Source of the DNA: Candidatus Moraniibacteriota bacterium
GTDB taxonomy: Bacteria; Patescibacteriota; Minisyncoccia; Moranbacterales; UBA1568
Direction: 5' to 3'
NCBI GenBank assembly: GCA_052035095.1
Contig: JBPOHW010000007.1
Coordinates: 1,705-65,704, forward strand
DNA length: 64,000 bases
The notes under the pieces are model-generated. The model saw only the letters and a program-made list of their open reading frames with translations, was not told the origin of the DNA and ran no database searches. How positions within the stretch are numbered: the first letter of the stretch is position 1; each line of letters opens with the position of its first letter. This document shows positions 39,573 through 46,977 of the stretch, in pieces. Both the position numbers and the translations under genes were made by a program.

Positions 39573-40709
39573 ATGTGGGACCAACTGAATACTGAATCAG
39601 AGAAGATAAAGCGCTTCTTCTGGCTTTTTCTTCTCGGTCTCCTTGCTATACATGCGGGAGCAATTTTGCTTGTCCTGGCGAGATTGCAAAATCTCATCTT
39701 CATTCTCGCCATTCTTTCCGCTTTCTTTATTGTGGCGCAAGTTGGTCGCATAAAGATATGGCTTACCACCGTCAGCGCCGGAGTACTCTTTGGACTCCTT
39801 CCAATCGCTCAAACAGCCGTAAGTGCGGAAAAATTCTCGCTTCTCGCATGGAAAGCCATCATGCATACCGCGCTTGGCACCAGCCTCACGCTTCTCTTGA
39901 TGGCTGAAATTCCCTTCAGGGGAGATGCTTCTCTCGCACTCGCCTTCGATACCGTACTCATGGTGCTTGCCCTTGTTTCCATGACATATATAGAAGTGGA
40001 CACAAAGTGGTATCCGACCATAGTTCGGTCACTTGCCGTACTCATTATCGCCATCATCCTGATGGAGGTGACGCTCGGCATAGCCTACCCGGAATTGAAC
40101 AAGCCCGACCGGTGGTGGAAATTCCTCGAGTTCGCAAAAGATCATTGGATTATCTTTGCGATTCTCATTGGAATTCCGCTCTTCCTCTGGAAAAAGGTGT
40201 CAATTCCAACGATTCCCATCAAGGCGATCATAGGTCTCGCTATCCTCTTCTTTGGCATTTCGATGATGTTCCAGGGTCCTCGTGATTGGCTCCTCGACAA
40301 AGTAAACCGGTCCGAAATTCCCACCGCCATCACCGGCACGGAGACGGTTCGGTCCGTTCTCGTCGAGAAGTTCGACGGATTCGACATCTGTGACTTGAAG
40401 CCTGAAACTTCATACACATTTGTTGAGGTTCGAACAGAATACAGCGACAAGACAACCTACCGAATAAGGAACAAGACCAATGGAGAAATCGTATCCACGA
40501 AGGTTACAGGGACAATAACGCAAGACGCAAGCAAGCATCCCTACCGGAAAGCCGACTACGACTTCGGGATTCTCGTAAATGGCGTCCCCCCAGGGAGACG
40601 GGTGGAAACAAATTCCACCGGATGCTTGCGAGGGAGTTTCAATACGCCCCTCACACAATATTTCGAGATGGAGCACTCTACAGGAATGGGGATCCATCTT
40701 AGAAATTAA
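39573..40709 (+). CDS. Polytopic membrane protein with C-terminal soluble domain
   Basis: ATG at 39573 preceded by AGAGGA. About 8 TM helices, then a roughly 130-aa C-terminal domain. Confidence 0.55.
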   Translation: MWDQLNTESEKIKRFFWLFLLGLLAIHAGAILLVLARLQNLIFILAILSAFFIVAQVGRIKIWLTTVSAGVLFGLLPIAQTAVSAEKFSLLAWKAIMHTALGTSLTLLLMAEIPFRGDASLALAFDTVLMVLALVSMTYIEVDTKWYPTIVRSLAVLIIAIILMEVTLGIAYPELNKPDRWWKFLEFAKDHWIIFAILIGIPLFLWKKVSIPTIPIKAIIGLAILFFGISMMFQGPRDWLLDKVNRSEIPTAITGTETVRSVLVEKFDGFDICDLKPETSYTFVEVRTEYSDKTTYRIRNKTNGEIVSTKVTGTITQDASKHPYRKADYDFGILVNGVPPGRRVETNSTGCLRGSFNTPLTQYFEMEHSTGMGIHLRN

Positions 40710-40777
40710 CGAAAACGAAACAAGCAGATCAGAAGATACTGATCTGCTTTTCATTTACTCAAAAAACAAGGCAAGGA

Positions 40778-41707
40778 TCACGTCGTCGCTGGCGCGAAAA
40801 ACTCCGCAATTTGTCGAACGATGACGAGCGACGCGAGCGCGACCACGATACCGAGGAGTGCAAAAGTGACAATCTTCTTCGCCACCCCGATCCGATTCAT
40901 ATCCCCTGCCGCGCCGAGGAACATAATGCCCCCGATAACGAGGAAAATAATCGCGAGAATCCCTACGATTCCAAGAAGGAAATTGAGGACCGAGAGAAGG
41001 ATATCCGCGGCGCTCTTTGCACCCGAGACCTCCGGCGGAACCGTGCCGCCCCAGCCCAAGACCGTCGCGATTTCCTTGAGGAAGGTCGGCGCCAAAATCC
41101 CGATCGCGAGCCCGATGAGGGCCGCCGTGATCGCGAGCTTCGCCGCCGTCACCTGCGACTGTCGCCCGCCGGACGTAATGTACAAGACCGCTCCAATCAC
41201 GATAAAGACGAGCGAAAGCACGACAATGACACCCTGCAAAGCATACAACAACGCTGTCAAAACTTCTTGTACCGTATCATATTTCAAGGGATTGGGAAGC
41301 GTTATGCTCACCGACGAGCCGGATCCGGTTGTTGTCCCTCCACCACCCGTACCCCTTGGGGGACAATAATTTGGTTTCGTTGGATCCGTACATATAGATT
41401 TGCATCCTGTCTGTGTCGTATCATCATCCGCAGTACAAGTTGTCTTACAATAACTCGCATTGCACGTGGAGGAAGAACTGCTTGTTTCGCAGCAAATATA
41501 CCCTTCCGAACTACTGCAATTATCAAACGTTCCCGATTTAATAACTCCAGGAGAGGGGCAGGTTTCTTGGCATACGCATGTTTTTCCGCTACTGCATGAT
41601 GCCTGACATGTCGCCGCTTTTGCCCCTTCCGGTGCCACTGCAAACGCCCCCAACACCAGCACCCCCAACACGGCCGCTACCCTCCCAAATTGTGCCATTG
41701 TTTCCAT
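40778..41707 (-). CDS. Cys-rich secreted protein fused to two tandem TrbC/VirB2-like pilin modules
   Basis: Signal peptide (METMAQFGRVAAVLGVLVLGAFAVAPEGAKA). Roughly 110-aa Cys/Ser/Thr-rich region (CQASCSSGKTCVCQETC...), Gly-rich linker, then two pilin-like hydrophobic hairpin modules (…LYITSGG… and …MFLGAAGDMNRIGVAKK…). Confidence 0.65.
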   Translation of the reverse strand: METMAQFGRVAAVLGVLVLGAFAVAPEGAKAATCQASCSSGKTCVCQETCPSPGVIKSGTFDNCSSSEGYICCETSSSSSTCNASYCKTTCTADDDTTQTGCKSICTDPTKPNYCPPRGTGGGGTTTGSGSSVSITLPNPLKYDTVQEVLTALLYALQGVIVVLSLVFIVIGAVLYITSGGRQSQVTAAKLAITAALIGLAIGILAPTFLKEIATVLGWGGTVPPEVSGAKSAADILLSVLNFLLGIVGILAIIFLVIGGIMFLGAAGDMNRIGVAKKIVTFALLGIVVALASLVIVRQIAEFFAPATT

Positions 41708-41723
41708 AATGAGTAGTGAGTAG

Positions 41724-41741
41724 ATAGTAGCGAGTAGATAG
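41724..41741. repeat. Left 18-bp terminal inverted repeat (ATAGTAGCGAGTAGATAG) of the four-helix-bundle cassette; embedded in AGTAGNN heptamer tandem repeats
   Basis: Exact reverse complement at 42229..42246. Region 41711..41741 reads gagtagtgagtagatagtagcgagtagatag. A second arm at 41774..41793 forms a long hairpin with 41719..41738. Confidence 0.8.
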
Positions 41742-41802
41742 AAAATAAAATGTTTTCTACCTACCAAATACTGTCTACTCGTTGCTATCTACTGATAAAT
41801 AC

Positions 41803-42180
41803 CTAAATATTATTCCTGACAGACTTCATTAGGCCGGAGAGAATTTTACTTACCTGTATCGTTTCCTCAGCAAGGGCGTCAAAAATATTTCTTTCAAGAA
41901 ATCCGATATCTCGTGCAATAAGCAGTTGGTTTTGAAGTTCAAAAATAGATCCTCTGGAAATAGCGTAAAATTGAAGTTTTTCTTTGGAAGAGCTCCTGCC
42001 AAATCCCTCTGCAATGTTGGAAGTAATGGAAATAGCACACCGACGTATCTGATTCGTAAGAGAAAAAATTTCCGCCCTCGGAAAAGACTCAGTTGCCCGA
42101 TAGACTGCAAGCACCAATTTGTGCCCTTTCTGCCACACTACCAAATCCGTAAAAGACTGTATTTTTGATATATCGCCCAT
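41803..42180 (-). CDS. Four-helix-bundle protein of the 'S23 ribosomal / rRNA intervening-sequence protein' family (PF05635-like)
   Basis: 125 aa. MGDISKIQSFTDLVVWQKGHKLVLAVYRATESFPRAEIFSLTNQIRRCAISITSNIAEGFGR... Local base composition is more AT-rich than the flanking pilin genes (by eye). Confidence 0.65.
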   Translation of the reverse strand: MGDISKIQSFTDLVVWQKGHKLVLAVYRATESFPRAEIFSLTNQIRRCAISITSNIAEGFGRSSSKEKLQFYAISRGSIFELQNQLLIARDIGFLERNIFDALAEETIQVSKILSGLMKSVRNNI

Positions 42181-42228
42181 ACAACCAAATACTGAAACAC
42201 CGAATGTTCTCTTGCTAGATACTCCCTA

Positions 42229-42246
42229 CTATCTACTCGCTACTAT
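42229..42246. repeat. Right 18-bp terminal inverted repeat (CTATCTACTCGCTACTAT) of the four-helix-bundle cassette
   Basis: Reverse complement of 41724..41741. A 10-bp direct repeat CCAAATACTG (41764..41773 and 42185..42194) flanks the ORF just inside the IRs. Confidence 0.8.
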
Positions 42247-42248
42247 TC

Positions 42249-43091
42249 TCACCCTCCCCACGCCGTCCCGCGCAACAAAGCATCGATCGCGATAATAATC
42301 ACGAGCCCGGCGAGCGCAACAATCACGCCCACGATGGAAAATTTCATATTCCGCTTCGCGGTCTCGATCATATTCATATTCCCCGCCGCCGCCAAGTACT
42401 GAATGCCCGAAATCACAAACGCGATAATCGCGAGGAATCCGAAGAGATAGAGCATCCACTTCATAAGATTGGTGACGATAAGCGCCACCGACGTTTCGGA
42501 GAGCCCCGTATTGAGCGGGAAACACACCCCCGCGTATTCCTTGAACTTCGCCGGATCGCACTTCACCGCCGTCGTCCCCGACCCGGTAGTACCACCCGTC
42601 TTGCAAAACTTCTTATTTGTCGCTTGTGAAGCGCATTGCGACGCACTGCACGTCGTATCCTCAGTCTCCCCCGTCACGCAAGCCGCCTTACAACCCCCAC
42701 CGGTACAGGATGAGGAAGAAAGGGTTTTACAACACACCAATTTATTATCTAAAGCTCTGCAATAACCATTGTCAGTAGAAACGGTAGTTTTTGGAGATAC
42801 ACAACCGGACATACTCTCACACGAACACGTCCCACCCGAACCGCAATTGCTGGTACAAGTGTTTCCGGAAGCAGTGACACAACACACTTGACCCAAACTG
42901 GATTCACAGTGATCTGAATCTGGACCAGATATTCCGGAAGAACACGTAGCACTCGCGGGAATACAGGTTCCGCTGCTCCCATTGTACGTACATGTCTGAG
43001 CAAAGACATCTCTGCCAAAAAACAAAGCCCCTGCTACAATGAAGCAAGAAAAAACAAAACTCAAAAACGAAATTCTCTTCATAAGAAACAT
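42249..43091 (-). CDS. Cys-rich secreted protein fused to one C-terminal TrbC/VirB2-like pilin module
   Basis: Trimmed to ATG at 43091 (MFLMKRISFLSFVFSCFIVAGALFFGRDVFA signal peptide); TGATG overlap with the upstream pilin gene. Roughly 150-aa Cys-rich region, then …GIQYLAAAGNMNMIETAKRNMKFSIVGVIVALAGLVII…. Confidence 0.65.
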   Translation of the reverse strand: MFLMKRISFLSFVFSCFIVAGALFFGRDVFAQTCTYNGSSGTCIPASATCSSGISGPDSDHCESSLGQVCCVTASGNTCTSNCGSGGTCSCESMSGCVSPKTTVSTDNGYCRALDNKLVCCKTLSSSSCTGGGCKAACVTGETEDTTCSASQCASQATNKKFCKTGGTTGSGTTAVKCDPAKFKEYAGVCFPLNTGLSETSVALIVTNLMKWMLYLFGFLAIIAFVISGIQYLAAAGNMNMIETAKRNMKFSIVGVIVALAGLVIIIAIDALLRGTAWGG

Positions 43092-43465
43092 CAAAAATAC
43101 GAATCGGCGCTCAACCACACATCGACTGCCTGAACGATCACGTACCCCATCAGCGCGACAATCACCCCGACGATAGACCACTTCATCGCTTCTTTGGCCG
43201 TTTTGATCTGACCGTCATTTCCGGCGGCCGTAAGATAGAGGATGCCCGAAATCACAAAGCCGATAATCGCGATGAAGCCGAGAAGTCCAAGGATCCAATC
43301 CATCGTACTGCCCGCGATATCAATAATAGGCGCAACTGGCAATCCCGACTGCATCGGCCCCGTAAGCGCCGGGTTCTCCCCCGTCTGCGCAAGCGCGCCA
43401 AGTGGCAGAAGCGCCATTCCCCCAGCTATTCCCCTCCGAACCCGCGAAACTATTGTGTGTTTCAT
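43091..43465 (-). CDS. TrbC/VirB2-like small pilin-family membrane protein
   Basis: 124 aa. Signal peptide, then two hydrophobic helices separated by LYLTAAGNDGQIKTAKEAMKWS. Paralogous to 43555..43926 and 44105..44485. Confidence 0.7.
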   Translation of the reverse strand: MKHTIVSRVRRGIAGGMALLPLGALAQTGENPALTGPMQSGLPVAPIIDIAGSTMDWILGLLGFIAIIGFVISGILYLTAAGNDGQIKTAKEAMKWSIVGVIVALMGYVIVQAVDVWLSADSYF

Positions 43466-43554
43466 ACAATATATTTAAAATAAGCTTTTTTCACTTTAAC
43501 GAAGACCAGCCTACCGGCAGGCAGGAATGCGCGAAGTGAGAAAATCTTAAAAGA

Positions 43555-43926
43555 TCAAAATGTTATTTCTCCCCCAAGCCACAAATCAACTGCTTGTATA
43601 ACCACGTACCCAACAAGCGCGACGATCACCCCGACGATAGACCATGTCATGGCGGTTTTCGCCGTTTTGATCTGACTGTCATTGCCTGCCGCCGTGAGAT
43701 AGAGGATGCCGGATATGATAAAACCGATAACGGCAAGAAACCCGACCAAGCTCAACATCCAGAGCATAAGATTGGAAACGATGCTATCGACACCACTCGA
43801 AGGAAGTCCGGATTCGGTCTGGAGCGTGCCGGACTTCGGATCGGACCACTGCGCAAGCGCCGGATGCGCAAGAAAACTCCCCGCCCCCAAAAAGAACCCC
43901 CTTGAAAAAATCTTCACGAATTTCAT
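43555..43926 (-). CDS. TrbC/VirB2-like small pilin-family membrane protein
   Basis: 123 aa. …GFIISGILYLTAAGNDSQIKTAKTAMTWSIVGVIVALVGYVVIQAVDLWL…. Confidence 0.7.
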   Translation of the reverse strand: MKFVKIFSRGFFLGAGSFLAHPALAQWSDPKSGTLQTESGLPSSGVDSIVSNLMLWMLSLVGFLAVIGFIISGILYLTAAGNDSQIKTAKTAMTWSIVGVIVALVGYVVIQAVDLWLGGEITF

Positions 43927-44104
43927 ATATCAAATTGTACCACAAAAAAAGAAAATTCGAAAAAAAATTATTCCACACGAACCATAAAGAGAAAATATTT
44001 CCTGTCAAGCCCTCATTCTTCATTCACCATTCTCCATTCCTCCTCCAAAACCAAAACGCCCCCGAAAATCGGGAGCGCCTCGGCAAGAAATCTTCGAAGA
44101 ATTC

Positions 44105-44485
44105 CTATATATTCGTATTCGAACTCGCGTTGAGCCACGCATCCACCGCTTGTACGATGACATAGCCGACGAGCGCCACAATGACACCCATAATGGAATA
44201 CATCATCGCGGACTTCGCCGATTTGATCTGGTCTTCACGTCCCGCCGCCGTGAGATAGAGAATACCCGCGATCACAAAGCCGATAATCGCGATAAAGCCG
44301 AGAATGGCGAGGAGATAATTCATGGTCGTCCGAATGATCTCATAGATAGACGAGTCCGGCGTCCCGCCGCTTGCCGCGTTGTTGTCACCCACCGACCACT
44401 GCCCAAACGCCACCATCGGCACTGCCATAAAAGCAACCACCAACGCGAACGCGCCGATATTTTTGAAAATAAGCGATTGTTTCAT
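44105..44485 (-). CDS. TrbC/VirB2-like small pilin-family membrane protein
   Basis: Trimmed to ATG at 44485 with strong SD AGGAGGT. …GFVIAGILYLTAAGREDQIKSAKSAMMYSIMGVIVALVGYVIVQAVDAWL…. Confidence 0.7.
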   Translation of the reverse strand: MKQSLIFKNIGAFALVVAFMAVPMVAFGQWSVGDNNAASGGTPDSSIYEIIRTTMNYLLAILGFIAIIGFVIAGILYLTAAGREDQIKSAKSAMMYSIMGVIVALVGYVIVQAVDAWLNASSNTNI

Positions 44486-44546
44486 ATGTTCTCTCACCTC
44501 CTTTCTGAAAAGAATAACTGCCAACTCACAACCTCCAACAGGAAAA

Positions 44547-44903
44547 TTATTCAAAAAACTTTGCAATCGCCAGTACCAAGATGAAAGCTCCCAATCCCAC
44601 CGCGACGCCGATCACTCCCCACGTAAACGCCTTCTTGGCAAGCTCCAATCGCGCCGTGTTGCCACCCGCCGTAAAATAGAGTATCCCCGCAATTACGAAC
44701 GTAAGTATAACAAGAAATCCGAATATCTCCAACAAAAAGTCAAGCATCCGCAAAAACGCCTGTGCCAAAGTCGGCGCATCATCAATCACCCCGGCGGCGG
44801 AAACCTCAAACGTTCCCGCTCCACAAAGCAGAAATAACAAGAGTACGCACACCCCGAGAACCCGCGTAAAATTTTTTCTCGAAAAGATCATAGAAAATTC
44901 CAC
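44547..44903 (-). CDS. TrbC/VirB2-like small pilin-family membrane protein (divergent paralog)
   Basis: 118 aa. …LTFVIAGILYFTAGGNTARLELAKKAFTWGVIGVAVGLGAFILV…. Confidence 0.65.
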   Translation of the reverse strand: MEFSMIFSRKNFTRVLGVCVLLLFLLCGAGTFEVSAAGVIDDAPTLAQAFLRMLDFLLEIFGFLVILTFVIAGILYFTAGGNTARLELAKKAFTWGVIGVAVGLGAFILVLAIAKFFE

Positions 44904-44915
44904 AAAGTTCTTCTT

Positions 44916-45539
44916 TCACGAAATCCGTTCTTTGGTTTCAAGTGTAATTGCCGCCGTGCCAATATATTGGCTCACTTCTTGCGTAAGCGACTCCAAATAC
45001 CGTGGAAATTTTTTGGCGTACTCGGCGAACTTTTTCCGACCTATGGAGCGAAGATCCAATTCTTGTAAGCCCATATTCCCTTTCCCTCGCGCTACCATAT
45101 AGAGCATATCCAGAAGCGCCTTCTCCGGTTCGGCAATGTACATGCCATTTTCCAGCCGATACCCGAAAAAAAGATTTTCCTTCACCTGCCGAAATTCAAT
45201 CGCCGTACCGAAAATACTCATCCTCTTGGTTTGTTTGAGCGTTGCAAACGTCTCCGTCGCCGGCATTTGACTCAAAATTCCATACCGAGAAAGCGCGCTC
45301 TCAAAAGAGAGATAGGACGGGTAGTAGAGTTGATTGGCGATTTTCGGTACATCGATAAGTGCCGCGCTCGAGGCATACACGCCGCGTTTCAAACGAGTGA
45401 GCGCGCCCTTTTCCGTCAAGCGAGAAACCGCCACTTTCAAACTCGGTCGCGAAAGCGCGGTTATCTTCTCCAAATCGGCCACCGTAAAGTAGTCTCGATT
45501 CAATGTCTGCAATCTCTGCATGAAGTCAAAGGTGGTCAT
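44916..45539 (-). CDS. abiEi: AbiEi-family type IV antitoxin / transcriptional regulator (wHTH N-terminal domain)
   Basis: Trimmed to ATG at 45539 (ATGA overlap with the abiEii stop). MTTFDFMQRLQTLNRDYFTVADLEKITALSRPSLKVAVSRLTEKGALTRLKRGVYA is the typical AbiEi N-terminal fold. Confidence 0.6.
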   Translation of the reverse strand: MTTFDFMQRLQTLNRDYFTVADLEKITALSRPSLKVAVSRLTEKGALTRLKRGVYASSAALIDVPKIANQLYYPSYLSFESALSRYGILSQMPATETFATLKQTKRMSIFGTAIEFRQVKENLFFGYRLENGMYIAEPEKALLDMLYMVARGKGNMGLQELDLRSIGRKKFAEYAKKFPRYLESLTQEVSQYIGTAAITLETKERIS

Positions 45540-46216
45540 AGACTTTCTTTCTTCAGCCAACGGTCGAGGAGTTGCCACTTCCCTTGCGGCAAGAGCCGGT
45601 GCAAATCGCCGCGCACCTCATGTACCGAATACTTCCCAAAATTCATCTCGGGTGACTCGCCGCGCTGACTCCTGATAAACCACAAATCGAAAATATCACG
45701 AACACGAAGCGGATCGATACTCTCTTTTTCCCGTTCAATTTGCGCGATGGTCGCCACTTGCGCCAAAACCGTTACCGGAGTCACCTCGCTCGAAAGCTGT
45801 TTGAGAATATAATCCTCATTCTGTCGCCATTCTTTTTTTCGACGTGATATTTCCACCTTGATGCCAAGCGGACGCTCTAGCGTCGGATCGGTAATCACAA
45901 AACGAGCATAGAGCGTATAGTATTTCTGCAAAGCTTCATCAAGAGCAACATACGGTACGGACTTCGCCGTGTCATGGCACCACTCTTGAAACTTCGGAGC
46001 GGAAATATCGACGAGTTGCGTAAAATCCAAATCATCGGAGTATCGGTACGACCCATACGCAAGTCGAAGCGCCGTCCCTCCGCGAAAAACAAGATCCTTC
46101 CCGAAGTTGCTCTCAAAAATACGGCTCAAAAGAAGCATTTCATACTCTTCCCACACGATACGATCCACCGAGATTCCCAGCTGTTTCTGCTTTTCCAGTG
46201 CCAATTGTTTGTTCAT
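45536..46216 (-). CDS. abiEii: AbiEii/AbiGii-family nucleotidyltransferase toxin (DUF1814)
   Basis: FRGGTALRLAYGSYRYSDDLDF NTase motif. 226 aa. Lies upstream of abiEi, which reverses the canonical order. Confidence 0.65.
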   Translation of the reverse strand: MNKQLALEKQKQLGISVDRIVWEEYEMLLLSRIFESNFGKDLVFRGGTALRLAYGSYRYSDDLDFTQLVDISAPKFQEWCHDTAKSVPYVALDEALQKYYTLYARFVITDPTLERPLGIKVEISRRKKEWRQNEDYILKQLSSEVTPVTVLAQVATIAQIEREKESIDPLRVRDIFDLWFIRSQRGESPEMNFGKYSVHEVRGDLHRLLPQGKWQLLDRWLKKESL

Positions 46217-46414
46217 ATAGTTATAAGATAGTTAACAAATTCGTTAACTTACCTATAAGTATACGCAACTCCCTCTTTCCTGTCAATCCCATAATTTTCG
46301 CGGCATCAAATTCAGTTTTGTATGCAAAACCAGACAAAACTGAATTTGAATTTCTGTCATTCCTTTCCAAATACCTGCAATTTTCTCAATCAGGAAGAGA
46401 GCACTTCACAACAC

Positions 46415-46942
46415 TTACTGCGGTATCACCCTCCCATTCGGACACGAGCTAAACCCGAAATTCACACCCGCGTATTCATCTCCCTCGATAGCGGAAACGG
46501 TTTCGTGAATATCAAGCGCGCAAGCATCTTGAGCCGAAACGCCCAACATTTCCAAGAGCTCCTTTTCGGCATTCACGCGAACATCAACGCTCGGAATCGA
46601 ATTAAAGGCGATAAAAAATTGACGGAAGGGATTGATATAGCTGATTGAATATTCGGGTTTTTCCGAGAGAATTCTATCTCCTTGAGGATTAATCGGCTCT
46701 TTTTTTACCAAGAAGTCCTTCGTAAGAACCTCTCCCGTTTTTCCTATTCCTTCAATAACGAAATATCCATTCGGATTTTTTTCCGGAAGTGGACGGGAAA
46801 AATCATTCGAGATATCCGGCGGCGCATTCAAGAGCTTCCAAACCTGAACAACAACAAAAAGAATAATAGCAATCAAAACAAGCGCCCCAACAGAGAGAAT
46901 GAGTTTCCTATTTTGAATAAGAAAATATTGTGATACAGGCAT
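46415..46942 (-). CDS. Hypothetical membrane-anchored protein
   Basis: Trimmed to ATG at 46942 (MPVSQYFLIQNRKLILSVGALVLIAIILFVVV). 175 aa. Confidence 0.5.
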   Translation of the reverse strand: MPVSQYFLIQNRKLILSVGALVLIAIILFVVVQVWKLLNAPPDISNDFSRPLPEKNPNGYFVIEGIGKTGEVLTKDFLVKKEPINPQGDRILSEKPEYSISYINPFRQFFIAFNSIPSVDVRVNAEKELLEMLGVSAQDACALDIHETVSAIEGDEYAGVNFGFSSCPNGRVIPQ

Positions 46943-46977
46943 AAGAATTTTTCTTAAAACAAAAATCAAATCCCTCA

